From assembly GCF_001194135.2 (NCBI RefSeq), contig NC_068983.1, positions 118,318,750 to 118,382,302 of the forward strand: a stretch of 63,553 bases of DNA. The letters are read 5' to 3'. The position numbers were made by a program, and so were the translations under genes. This stretch comes from Octopus bimaculoides (Eukaryota). The notes beneath the pieces are model-generated. The model ran no database searches. It had not been told where the DNA came from and saw only the letters and a list, made by a program, of their open reading frames with translations. Positions within the stretch are counted from its first letter, which is position 1. Every line of letters starts with the position of its first letter. Of this stretch, positions 1 to 14,000 are shown piece by piece.

Positions 1-44
<44 letters not shown>

Positions 45-992
45 GCACATACATACACATGTATATGCATATATGATGGTCTTTCAGTTTTCTGTTTTGG
101 TATATCTGCACTTTCAACTTTCTCCTTATAATTTTTCACTCTTATCACAATTTCTAATATAATTATGAAGCAGCAGCTGAAATTGTTCTATGCAATGCTA
201 CTATCTCTTCAAGCACATGTTCCTGCTGTCATTTTGGTGTATCCTTCATGTCTAATAGTATGAATAATGATATTACTAATGCTATTAATGCCTGAGAAAA
301 TGAATTCACTTTACTTCCCCTCTTCTCAGCTCTCCCTAAATATTCACAGGACCCGAAATTTTTGGGGAGGGAGTCAGTCGATTAGATTGACCCCAGTATG
401 CAACTGATATTAAATTTATTGACCCTGAAAGGATGAAAGGCAAAGTCGACCTCGGTGGAATTTGAACTCAGAACATAAAGATAGACAGTATACTGCTAAG
501 CATTTCACTCGGCATGCTAACGTTTCTGCCAGCTTGCTGCCTAGCTCTCCCTAAATATTGTGTAAGCTCTGTTTCCATTCTTCAAATTTCCCTGTTAATG
601 ATTTGAAGCCTGTTTATATACTGGTCCACCTTTCATATAATTAATTCTTCCTATCAGTATATACCTATTATTTAACCATACCTTTATTCATTTCCTATCA
701 AATATTTAACATATTAATAAAATCCTTAGCTCTAATATTAAGCTTATAGCATTCGTTACTCCCTCAGTAATTTAAATTATGCTGGAAAGTGTTCATTTAG
801 ATGATTGATATTGCAGCACTATAATCAATTACTACAAGTGTGCATAACTGCATATCATTCCTCCTTGCCTATATAGTTAAAGTCTTGTGTCAGAAAATAA
901 TTAAGTTACAAATATGTAGCAAGGAAATGTACTGACGAGATCTTTTTATGTACCATTAAATTATTTATGTTTGAGAGAGAGAGACACACACA

Positions 993-1033
<41 letters not shown>

Positions 1034-1553
1034 CTTTAACATATAGCAAAGAAGGATGAGGAATTATCTTCAAATATAGGATATTTTTTCGATTTGTCAT
1101 TTCTTAAGAAATAATCTCATTTAAAAAAAAAAAAGACCTAAAATATCACAAGAATAATTATTTTTCCCTGTTAAATATGTTCACTTTGTTATTTTCAAAT
1201 ATGCCATAGTTTTATTCCATACACACATTGCTCATAATGTTTTGTATTAAGTTTTGGTATTGGTTTCTTTTTAAGCTTCATGTTAAAGTAAACGATTAAA
1301 GTAGTTTCTCAAAGTGATTTTTTTTTCTGTTTCATTCTGTTCCTTTTTTTCATTTTGTCATTGACATTTGGGTAGGAGATAATTCACCATATGACTTAAC
1401 GTCTTTGGGTGACTAGTATTCCGGCCAGGTATCTAGTCTCAGGCTAGCATACATCAGTCTCAGGAGCCCTGAATGGAACTTTTAAGTCTTGGGCACTACT
1501 CTTTCTCTTCTGGCTAAATAATAATAATAATAATAATATAAACCTATCATATG

Positions 1554-1743
1554 CTTCTTCTTCTTCTTCTTCTTCTTCTTCTTCTTCTTCTTCTTCTTCT
1601 TCTTCTTCTTCTTCTTCTTCTTCTTCTTCTTCTTCTTCTTCTTCTTCTTCTTCTTCTTCTTCTTCTTCTTCTTCTTCTTCTTCTTCTTCTTCTTCTTCTT
1701 CTTCTTCTTCTTCTTCTTCTTCTTCTTCTTCTTCTTCTTCTTC
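1554..1743. repeat. Uninterrupted (TTC)n/(GAA)n tract of ~190 bp
   Basis: Read directly; explains the poly-E and poly-L pseudo-ORFs. Confidence 0.98.
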
Positions 1744-2100
1744 CTCTGGTGGCATGCTGGAGAAATTGCTTAGCGGCGTTTCACCCGTCTTTACATTCTG
1801 AGTTCAAATTCCACTGAGGTTGCCTTTGCCTTTCAGTGTTTCGGGGTTGACGAATTGAGTACCAGTGAAACACTGGGGTCAATGTAATTGACTAGCCCTC
1901 TCTCTGGAAATTTCAGGCTTTGTGCCTTTAGTAGAAAGGATTATTATTATTATTATATTATTTTGATATTTTAAAAGGATTGATGTAACTCTTCACAAAG
2001 GTAAACAAACAAGACGAAGAACTCAATGCAATTATAACTTTTTCTAGTTGGCATGCTTTCAGAAATGATAAATGGCTTTTGATTATAGCACGAAAACGAT

Positions 2101-2606
2101 TAAGTTTTTTCAACTGATAGAAAGTTGATTTTTCAATTTCTGATTTATATTTGAATCATACAAAATCCATTGGCCCAGGATTGGGCTCAACACTGAGGTC
2201 TAGCGAAACTAACAGGATTAACAAGCCATTTCTGGAAACATGCAAACTAGAAAAAGTTATAATCGCATCGCACTCTTTGTCTTGTCTGTTTACCTTTTTG
2301 AAGAGTTACGTCAATCCTTTTAGAATATCAAAATCAAGTAGACTGAGATGATTGTTTTCATGGTACACAGAAAAAGAATTGGAACATACAGAAATTCTGG
2401 AAGTTACCAAAGCAGCTGGGTGTCTAAGGAGAATCATAATGTAAATTACAGCTTTTGCATTTTATTCCTTCTTACAATTGGCTTGTCAACCTTGTTGGTT
2501 TCGCTAGACCCCAGTGTTGAGTCCAATCCTGGGCCAATGGATTTTGTACCATTCAAATATGAATCAGAAATTGAGAAATTGACATTTCTATCAGTTAAAA
2601 AACTAA
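2101..2606. mobile_element. MITE-like element with ~127-bp inverted arms
   Basis: 2101-2227 is the reverse complement of 2480-2606 with scattered mismatches. Confidence 0.75.
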
Positions 2607-3042
2607 ACCTTTCCTCTCAAAGTTGTTGACTTTGTAATACAATTTAACACTATTATTATTATTATTATTATTATTATTAGCATTATTATTATTATTATTA
2701 TTATTATTATCATTAAGAAGGTGGCAAGCTGGCAGAATCGTTGATGAAATGCTTAGCGGTATTTCGCTTGTCACTACATTCTGAATTCAAATTCTGCCGA
2801 GGTTGACTTTAACTTTCATCCTTTCAGAGTTGATAAATTAAGTACCAGTGAAACATTTGGATTGATGTAATTGACTAGTCCCCTCCCACTTGTTTTCTAA
2901 GAAAACTCATTAGTTTCTGCTAGATCTGAACTGATGAACATCTGAAATATGCATGCAAATTATTCAAAATATTTTTACTTTTAGCCTTCACAGAAGTTTC
3001 ATGCATGATTTAATTACAAATATATTTTTTATACTTTTGCAG

Positions 3043-3168
3043 AACTCTGCCCTTTATAAGCACCTTGTTGATGCAGGGGTTACTGATATACCAGTTGAGA
3101 AATCCACTAAAAGCTCTGAGCCTAAAGAGGACGTTGAAAATGAATCTGTTGCTGCTTTCCCACCAGAA
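3043..3168 (+). CDS. VEZT: Vezatin exon, NSALYKHLVDAGVTDIPVEK...AAFPPE
   Basis: Acceptor ttttgcag at 3042, donor gttagt at 3169, 126 nt, phase 0-0. Confidence 0.9.
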
Positions 3169-3314
3169 GTTAGTTCCTCTTTATTTTCTCATAATTTATT
3201 TTTGTATCATTTTGTGTGGTTGTGACTGTGCGGTAAGAAGTGTGCTTCCCAACCACATGGTTTCCACTGCTTGGTACTTTGGACAAGTGTCTTATACTAC
3301 TATGCTGGGCTGCA

Positions 3315-3355
<41 letters not shown>

Positions 3356-5018
3356 CTCTGTCAGACATCAGATGGTGGTTATAAATGAGCATCATTATCA
3401 TGCAAGTGAGATTGTTCATTTTTAGTCTTCCTTGAAAACATGTTTACCTATGGGGAAAATATTACCTAGCTTAGACACATGAGAATTGACAACAGGAAGG
3501 GTGCCAAGCTGTAGAAATTCTGTCTCAACAGATTCTATCTGACCTATGCAAGTATGGAAAAGTAAACTGTAAATGATGATGGTGCTGCTGGTGATGATGA
3601 TGACAATGAAAATCTTAGCATTTGATTCATATTTTTTCCCACCTCTAAAACGTAAAGACTTGTGCTTTATCAAAAGAAACACTCTTTTCAACACACTTTT
3701 AACTTCATTTATTAATTTATTTTTCAGAAGCCTAACGATGTGCAAACTAATATGGAGCTTCTAAAACAGGTCTTTAGAAAACTGAAAGAGTTTTCATCAT
3801 TTGATCTTTTTATCATACAAATGGTGAGGTTTAATTATTTACTTTGATGATTTGTTGAGTTAATATTTCTTATTGATAAATAAGTTACCCAGAATATTTG
3901 TGACAAATGAAAATGATTCTTCACTGCTGAATATGGAACTCATGATTTTCATTTCTATCAGTTAGCAGAGTTCAGAGGAATTTTTTTTTGATACTACACC
4001 AAAATTATTAAGTAAAGAAGTATAGTAAGACATTGGTCAATCAGACAAGATAGGCAAGGAGTAATTATGTTTGGATGATTGATTTGATTGTAAACAAAGG
4101 AAGTCTTCTTGAAAGTGGGAGAAAGGGAGACCCCCATGAATGACAAAGTTCCCTGCTGAGGCACAAGTCCAGGCAAGGTTGTTTATAGAAGACCAGCAGT
4201 TGCTCCTCTATGCACCACTGATATTGCCCAAGGCAAAGGCTAATACAGCTTGGCACCAGTGATGTCGCAACTCATTTCTACAGCCAAGTGAACTAGAGCA
4301 ATGTGAAATAAAGTGTCTTGCTCAAGAACACAACACACAGCCTGGTCTGGGACTCAAACTTACTACCTCATGATTGTGAGCCTAATGCTCTAACCACTAT
4401 GTAAAAAAAGCATGTTTACAGAATTTTTGTCATTCAGTTGATAAAATGTATTCCTCTGCAATTTTCAATACTTTTTCACCATGATTCAGATGCTGTCAAA
4501 TTTTATTTTCTGTTTGATTATCAATGGCATTTCTTCCTCTTCTCAGACATAGTAACAACTGCAAACTTGAATACTTGAAACAGATATGGACTCGAAAGAA
4601 AGTGATAGTGTAAATAAAAGCACATCCTTAAGCATGTCTTATCATTTTGATGAGTTGAAATTATTTTAACACTGTTTAAAGTGTCAAAACAAATTAGTGA
4701 AACTGTTAACACGTATTTTTGGTAACTGTAAACAAAAGACAAGATCATCACTTATAATGTCGTTATGTGTTGCTCAATAATTTGAACTTATTTTTAATTA
4801 CAGTGAATAAAGTATGAAAAAGCAGTGCCAATATTAATCTTCAATTTGGGTTTCACATAGTTTGGATAATTAAATAATATTTACAGAAGCTTGAGGTCTT
4901 GTATCCCCAGATAACTGAAGTTTGACTGTATAAGATCACACTTTTTTTTCAGAATTAGTTATATTGAACATTTATCACTATACTGCACACATTGAGGAGT
5001 TTCCTTAGTGTGTGTGTG

Positions 5019-5056
<38 letters not shown>

Positions 5057-8000
5057 ATATTGAGTGCTATTTTCAAACTTATATTCTAGAAAAGCATACA
5101 TGTTGGCAGTTAATTTTCTTATTACAAATGAGAAATAAAGCACAGTTTTTTTTTTATTATTTTATACTTTTATAGTATTGCCATTTCAACTGTCAGATTC
5201 TACATCAAGTGGCTCACAGCAAATCTTTGGAAGATGATGATAAAATATTTCTAGAAAATTTCATAGTGGAAACAGAAAATGTAGGAAAGGCTTTGAAGCC
5301 TCAAACATTCATATTATGCTGGTAGGTTGCAAAACTTCTGAAAACACTTTTCCCCTCTCCTAAAAAAGTTAGTAAAATGACTCATGCTGATACGGGAACT
5401 AGATGTTGAATAAGACACCCATAGTGTCACAGATAATTATATGCTTAAGGAATATGGATAAAAAAGATTACTGATAAATATCAATAATTTTTCTGTTTTG
5501 ATGATCTAATGCTATAAAACTGTAAAAAAAAAATTCCTTGAATGCTAAATTTATTCACAAAAACTATTGAGAAATATGTTACTTTTAGCTAATTATATAA
5601 ATTATTTAGAAAATGTATAGTATTTAGTGTTGGTAAGATTAATTCTAATAGTTTGTGTGGGCAGTTTAATGGATGGAAACTGCACAGTAGGCTGTCATCT
5701 ATCTGTTTGTATGTACATTACATGCACACACACTCACATATGCATATCATCATCATTGTCTCACATCCGTATTCCATGCTTGCATGGGTCAGACGGTTCA
5801 ACAGAATTCAATGATCCAGAGGCCTGTGTTGAATTCCAATGTCTGCTTTGGCATGGTTTCTTCAGTTGGCTGCTCTTTTTAATGTCAACCACTTTACAAG
5901 TATACTGGGGGCTTTTTTTGTGTTTGTCTCTCCGGTAGTAGTGAGATCACTGAGTAACTCATAAAACAGAATGGGGGTGCAGTATTGAGCGAGTTAGTTT
6001 TGTTAACAGATGTCTTGCTGTAGATGAGATATATGGCTACTCCTGTAGGAAAGGAAAAAGAATGGTGGAGATGAGGTGTCAGTATATACCCTCAAGGTAC
6101 AAGAAGGTGGATAAATAGAAAATTGAGGATGGGTTAGTGGGAGGGTTTGTTAGAGTGTGAAGGAAGAGTGATAGACGATTAAAGATGTGGATAGAGGTGA
6201 ATGCAGTGAATAATGAATATGGGCGGTGATGTAGATAATGGTTAATCTCAGTTTGGAGTGGGGAGGTAAAGGAAAATGGGAGGGGGTCAGGGAAGAGTAG
6301 GTGATAGATAGCAATATATAAAAAAGGGGTGGTGGAGAGTACCAGTATGATAAAACCATAGGGAGATGATGTCAAGTGAGGGAGAGAGAAGATGCACAGT
6401 GAAAAAGATGGAGGTCAGAGGTATGTAAGAGTGGATAAAGTGAGTAACAGAAGGGGCTGTTAGCAGGTATGAGAGGGTGTTTAGGGGAAAGGGGCATTCC
6501 GTGGAAAAGAAAGTGGTAAAGAATGGACGATAAGGGAAGTGGCTCCAAGGAAAGGGATAACTGGTAACATAAAGGCAGGAATGAGATATGTGCAGCTCTG
6601 CTCTCATATAATTACAGCAGCTGAGGAAATAGTGCCACAGTTAGAAAGACAAAAGATGAGTTGTGAGGAAGGCTTGACAAGTGCAGAATAGTGTGAGGCA
6701 TAGATATTAATGGTATATCTTTGAGACTTCATTATTTTTGCTGAAATAGACAAGTCTTCTTGAGTATGGCAGAGTGCCAATCACTTAGATCCTTTGTCAT
6801 TTCCTCAATGTATGTATATTTACTGTTTTTATTGTTTTTACTGTCTTGTTCTTGTTAACACTTTCACCCTCTGCAAAGAGCTGCCCAGACCCCATGTCTG
6901 GTTTGGCACGATTTCTATGGCTGGATGTGGAATTAGATGAAGACAGTTGAAGAATTGAGACCATGAAGGACTGAAGAATGGAGAGAGAAAATAAGTTCCT
7001 GTTCACAATGGAGGCAAGAGTTTGGATGGCCTCTGTGCAAGGCCACTCTGAACACAGATGGGTGTTACAGGGAATGATCAATCAAGTGAAAGTGGTGCAA
7101 GAGTGGCTTAGTGGTTAGGGTATTCCACTCATGATTGTAAAGTCGTGAATTCAATTCCCGGTGACGCATTGTGTCCTTGAGCAAAACACTTTATTTCATG
7201 TTGCCCCAGTCCACTCAGCTTGCAAAAATGAGTAGGACTTGTATTTCAAAGGGCCAGTCTTGTCGCACGCTATGTCACGCTGAATCTCTCTGAGAACTCT
7301 ATTAAGGGTACACATGTCTGTGGAGTGCTCAGCCACTTGCATGTTAATTTCATGAGTAAGCTGTTCTGTTGATCATATCAGCTGGGACCCTCATTGTCAT
7401 AACCAATGGAGTGCTCCTACATATATATATATAGGGAATACAGTCACTCACCTTCACTTTCCTCTTTCAAATACTTCTTAATAGTGGGAGATTTTTTTGT
7501 TTCTTCTCTTCTCTTCCTTCTCTGTTCTTTTCTGTCTTGCAAGTTACATGACAACCACACCAGTGACAGTGGCACAAAATAAAAGGAGAACACCAAAACC
7601 ACCAAGTACACTCTGTAAAGGAGTTGGCATTAGGAAGGGCATTCAGCAATAGAGACCATGCTAAATATGACATTGAAGCTTGACACAGCCTTGCACCTTG
7701 ACTGGTTCCCCGTCAAACCGCCCCACCCCTGTCAACATGAAAAGTGGATGTCAAATGATGAATAAGCTTCCACACAATTTCCGTTTACCAAATTCACTCA
7801 CAAGGCATTGTTTAACCAACATACACACATACATATATATTACCTTACTTGGAATCAGGTGAAGGTTGAGGACAGGAAAGGCATCCACCCGTAAAATTTG
7901 TCTCAATAAATTCTGTCTAACCCATGTATGCCTGGAAGAGGGGGTGTTAAAATGATGATGATGTTTTATCACAACAACCAAAAAAAAAAAAATACACATA

Positions 8001-11000
8001 GATGGTGACAATAATGCAAGATTTTATCATCAAGATTATAGCAACAAGAGGCAGATACTCTACCTAAAGCAGTGTCAACAAAATAAAAATGGTGTACTAT
8101 GCTAATATGTTAACTAAAATACTGAGACATTGTTCATCGCTAAGTTGTAAATAAATTTACCTGCAGGTGTTTTAAGAAAGATAAATTTTGTCTCTCTGTG
8201 CAAATAGATCCTATAGTAAAACCTTAGAATGATGTGTAGTTATACTTATAAAATGGGTTGAAGTACATCTCAGCTAGGTTTTACTTATTCACAAGCTTAA
8301 CAAGAAATATTTACTTCATCTCTTCTTTTGAGAGGGCACAGTATACAGCTACTTATGAAAAATATAATGAACAATACTTCCTGCCTGTGGTCATTTGCAT
8401 ATCAGTACATTAGTTGGTGACACATATTAATTGAAGCATTGAGCTAGTGTATTTGTGGATAAGTTATGTGTACATTTAATGCAAAAGTGACTTCTTGCAT
8501 TTTTTATATGTAGCTCTGTAGTATACTCTCGTCCTCTCTGTTGAACAGGTGAAATAAACACTTCAGTTGTCTAAAATGTCCTTCAATTTTATTTTTAAAA
8601 TCATTCAGTAGGAAGTGTAGTTGCTATTTAGGTTAACAGATTCTAAATGTTGAGGAATTAATTTAGAAGACCTATCATTTTCCTTAGATTTTTCATTATA
8701 TATAATTCCTATGATACGATTTTTTCGATTGTCTCCATGATACGAAATGATTAAAATAACCAAAAACATGATTTATTCTGTTTTTATTTTTCAGTTTGTA
8801 CCCAATCCTTATCTTCCTTTCGCTGTATTTATTGTGCCTTTACAGTCCAGTGGCTGCTATTCTTATTATGAACCCAAACATTTGTTTGTTTCGAGCATTA
8901 GTAAAATTTTATATCCTCTTTCTGATTGTCCTCTCGCTTGGAATACTTTGGCACATATTAAATTTGAAACACACAACAAGCTGTATCAAAGCCCTTGTTC
9001 AACAGATTGAGGAGTCATACTTGCTTTTCAAGAAATCATTGCGATTGATTCAAGAAGTAGAACTTGTCCAAAGAGGATTTACATTGTAAGTGATAACTTC
9101 TGCATTTGAAAATTACCAAACATTAATTAATATCGTTTCAAAAGGAGAGAAAGTAATTTCTCTTGTTATTTGCTTTTTTTTTATATTCGATGATTATTTA
9201 ATCTTTTTGTGACTAAATTTATTTGCTGTAAATTTAAATCTTTAAAATTCTAATATATACATTAATATATACATTTTAATATATACATTACTTGTGACAG
9301 TTCTAAATTTGAACTTAAAATCTAAGCAGAATTAATAAAAATAACTCATATTATTTCAAACTTATTTGAAATTGTTTTAATACAAATTACTTTTGTGTGA
9401 TTCTTACTTGTAAGACCAAATTTCTTTACTTTGCAGGGTAAGCAGTCAGATGACTATAAAATCTGGACAGTCTGCTTACAAATACAATCGTCTTTGTCCT
9501 GAACTCCGTAAATTAGTTTTCATCACTGCTCGTAGTAATATGCTGTTTTGCCGGAAATCAACTAATATTCTCCTGAATATGTATCCTTTTCTTGAATAGT
9601 TGCTGACCAGGTGGAAAGCTTAAATGTGGCTCTACATTAAAGTATTGCTAAGAAGGTGGTGTTGCTTTTATGCACTCATTATCTTGACTGAATCTTCCCT
9701 GTTACAATCCATAAAGTTGACTGATAAAGAACCATTCCCCAACACTCTACAACCACTAGCTCAGAGATGCAATTTTTCTTGTCTTCTACAACTATAACAG
9801 CTTGTGCTTCACTCACTTAAACAAGTGCATATTACTTTCACCCAAACTTATTTCTTTCTTTGTCCTTACAGTGTTTCATTCCTCTAAATTCAACACTAAA
9901 TGCTTTGCCTAAACCTTCTGAGCCACAATTATCTGAATTCCCTACATAAATGAACAATTTCCAAAATAAATATTCACTAAAATAATTCAGTAAAATTATT
10001 TTATTTCCAATTTTTTTAATACGAAAATGTTTATCCTCTCTTATTTGTTAGTGTGTTTTCCAAAATAATTTATATTCAGTGCAAATTATTAAACCAAACC
10101 ATTATGTTACTTTAGTTTTCTTGACTAACAAAAGACATCCATTAGTGGAAGAAGTAGATAAAGCATCTACTTATTTAGCACATATTCCTTTGGAAGATTA
10201 TGGACCAAGTCTGCAACTTAGTGAAGACAATAATGACAATTTAAGTAAACTGACTGATGACTTTTCTGTAACTGCTTTAAAGGTAAGTTTTCTTTTAACT
10301 TTTCATAATAATAATTTACTGTAAAGGCAACCCCTTTGATTTAAAACCACATTTGTTTTTTCGTAATTGATATAAACATCGTTTCTTAAAGAATTTTTCC
10401 TACTTTGGTTTGTTATAGGCTATGATGTACCTGTATAATATGCAGCAATCAGAGCTTCTACGACGACTTGCTCTCTGTTTCTGTATCAATGCTCTTCCTG
10501 AAGATCAGAAAGGTTAAAAAATTTTTGTTAAATCTCATGATATTCTTATCAGAAAATATTTATTTTATTAAAACCATTTTCCATATAATTTCCCCTTTAA
10601 CGTTGCCATTCTGATTGGCATAGAATTAGTTCTTTATTTTCCTATCCATGACTTTCTTCTGATATGTGTCAGAAGGATTTGTAAATTTAAAATTTTCATA
10701 TGAATTGGTTTAGCTAACAAGTTCAAATTATTTAAAATAAATTGGTCATATTCCATTTCTGTTTCATTCAGCTGTATCTAATCTCTCTTTGGTAAAAGAT
10801 TTGGTTTTAAAAGTTAGACTTTCCTTTCCCCCATAGCATTAAATATATTCCGTTGTTTGAATTATTTGTATTCCTACTGATGCTGAACATCACAAATTTA
10901 CTAGGATTCTACTGTTACCACAAGCAGTGGTAACATTTTAATTTTTTTTACAACATAACAAAGCTGCTAACAAGATTTGAAGAAGTTTCAAGGCTTAAAT

Positions 11001-14000
11001 TTAAGACATTGTAGTCATTCAACTAGCAAATTAATTCCATGATATTTAAACCTTTTATTTCTATTCTTAGTTGCAGCTACTTCACATGAGTGGTCAGTAT
11101 AGTATAATATTTGCCAACCTTTTTGAAAATAGTATCATTTGTGAAATTATCCAACCAAGGGTCTAAGGTGATCAATGCCAGGCCCGCCTGACTGGCTCTT
11201 GTGCCGGTGGCATGTAAAAAGCACCCACTACACTCTTGGAGTGGTTGGTGTTAGGAAGGGCATTCAGCTGTAGAAACATTCCCAGATCAGATTGGAGCCT
11301 GGTGCAGCCGCTGGCTCTCCAAACCTCAGTCAAACCGTCCAACCCATGCCAGCATGGAAAACAGACATTAAACAATGATTTGATGGTTATGAATACAAGA
11401 GGAGCATCATAAAAATACTCACATAGAAATAAAGCTTTGTTTTAAAAATAAAGTAAAATTAAATTTGTTTAGAAATAACGAAAACTTTTCTCTTAATNNN
11501 NNNNNNNNNNNNNNNNNNNNNNNNNNNNNNNNNNNNNNNNNNNNNNNNNNNNNNNNNNNNNNNNNNNNNNNNNNNNNNNNNNNNNNNNNNNNNNNNNNNN
11601 NNNNNNNNNNNNNNNNNNNNNNNNNNNNNNNNNNNNNNNNNNNNNNNNNNNNNNNNNNNNNNNNNNNNNNNNNNNNNNNNNNNNNNNNNNNNNNNNNNNN
11701 NNNNNNNNNNNNNNNNNNNNNNNNNNNNNNNNNNNNNNNNNNNNNNNNNNNNNNNNNNNNNNNNNNNNNNNNNNNNNNNNNNNNNNNNNNNNNNNNNNNN
11801 NNNNNNNNNNNNNNNNNNNNNNNNNNNNNNNNNNNNNNNNNNNNNNNNNNNNNNNNNNNNNNNNNNNNNNNNNNNNNNNNNNNNNNNNNNNNNNNNNNNN
11901 NNNNNNNNNNNNNNNNNNNNNNNNNNNNNNNNNNNNNNNNNNNNNNNNNNNNNNNNNNNNNNNNNNNNNNNNNNNNNNNNNNNNNNNNNNNNNNNNNNNN
12001 NNNNNNNNNNNNNNNNNNNNNNNNNNNNNNNNNNNNNNNNNNNNNNNNNNNNNNNNNNNNNNNNNNNNNNNNNNNNNNNNNNNNNNNNNNNNNNNNNNNN
12101 NNNNNNNNNNNNNNNNNNNNNNNNNNNNNNNNNNNNNNNNNNNNNNNNNNNNNNNNNNNNNNNNNNNNNNNNNNNNNNNNNNNNNNNNNNNNNNNNNNNN
12201 NNNNNNNNNNNNNNNNNNNNNNNNNNNNNNNNNNNNNNNNNNNNNNNNNNNNNNNNNNNNNNNNNNNNNNNNNNNNNNNNNNNNNNNNNNNNNNGCCTGA
12301 CTGGCTCTTGTGCCGGTGGCATGTAAAAAGCACCCACTACACTCTTGGAGTGGTTGGTGTTAGGAAGGGCATTCAGCTGTAGAAATGAGTTGCAACATTA
12401 CTGGTGCCAAGCTGTATTGGCCTTTGCTTTTCCCTTGGATAACATTGGTGACATAGGCAACTGCTGATCTTCCATAAACAACTTTGCTCAAACTTGTGCC
12501 TCAGAGGGTAACTTTCTAGGTGCAATCCCATGGTCATTCATGGCCAAAGGAGGTCTTTCACCCTTTTACTGATTAGTTTGAGTGTTTAATAAGTATGATT
12601 CTTATAAGACAATAATTAGAAATAATCTTCCAGAATTGGAAATAAATAAGTTGAGTTAGTTCCATTGAAACCCGAATGAGGCAAATATATTGATAAAATC
12701 ACAGAATATCAATCACATTGATCAATATATGCAAAAATTATGACCTGCATTGCTGTAGATACAGAAGGGAACATGTAATATATGTTGTATAAGCAAGTAT
12801 GAGAATAAAAAGTATCTACAGATGAGGTAGGCAAAAGAGGAGTTAAATTAACTCTTGAAATATTGGATCTCACAGGTCTGATAACACAATAGAATGCAAA
12901 TATACACAAGGTATTATTTATCCCCATTTAAACGTGGATGTTCTGTTAGAACAAACTATACTGCAGTAGATGCCATGAGAGAAACTCATATTGGCTTTTG
13001 GTGCAGAATGCACTCTTGTTTATATCACAGTTATAAGCAAGAATGCATTTGTGCATTTTACATTTTGCACCAAAAGCAAATATGAGAGTTTCTCTCATGG
13101 TATTTACCTCTGTATAGTTTGTTCTAACAGAACATCCACGTTTAAGCAGAGATAAATATTTCTTCTCGGTATTAAGACTGCCTCCGTTGCTAATATATAT
13201 ACATCAGATATATCTTTAAGCACTGTTTTATCCTTTTTTTTTTTTTGACTTTTTTTCTAAGGTCATCAAATTTGAGTTCTGAATTTGAAAAATATTTCGA
13301 AGTAAATGCAGAAAATGTTATAAGCAACGACGAACAAAATGAGTGTGAAATTACTGCCAAAGAAAATCAATGGTACTCTCACTTACAATCAATAAAAGCT
13401 GAACTTGAGGCCTGCCGTGCTTGTTATGAAATTGGCTTGGACAAATTTGAAAAGATGTTCAAAAAGCAGCAAGAGCCAAGTATGTATTCTATTATGAAAT
13501 TGTAAAAACTTAAAGATATTGTATCTATTGTTCTAGGTCTATGGTTAAACAGTTTTCATAACAAAATTCAATCCTGAATTTTATATGAACATAAAGGTAG
13601 ACAGCTCAAAATAATGATTTCTAGCCATTGAACTTAGTAATGTATTTCTATTAATGGTTCAAGAATTTAATATCATTTATAGTTACCATCTCTATCATAT
13701 GCAATATCCCATGTTATTTTAAACTGGACCTATCTTCATTGCAGAACATATTTTTTTTATTATCTCGTATCATTTCGTCATTGCTACTTAAACTTGAATT
13801 AACTACCGTTTTTTGTGTTTTTTTCTTATTCTTATTTTACCCACATTTTCCTGTAGTTCATACCATTTTGCCATATAAATAATAAATATTATTATTGACT
13901 CCAATGGTGATAGAAAAACCCTCCAAAAAACTGCTCTGTTTATATCTATCAGTTGATAAATACTGTTACAGTTGTCTCCCTTGAACTTTTAAACAAAAAA

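Noticed and set aside
238-247. GTATCCTTC, a U12-donor-like motif, as the end of VEZT exon 1
   Set aside because: The upstream frame does not resemble the expected ...DEEVVFE, and the 3042 acceptor is U2-like with no U12 branch site.
1444-1817. Poly-E and poly-L ORFs
   Set aside because: Translations of the (TTC)n tract.
2340-2370. ACTGAGATGATTGTTTTCATG|GT as VEZT exon 1
   Set aside because: Weak donor, poor similarity, and it lies inside the 2101-2606 repeat.
11419-12382. Long X-containing ORFs (also at 27.3-28.3, 35.0-36.2, 37.1-38.2 and 51.7-52.4 kb)
   Set aside because: Artefacts of reading through N gaps.
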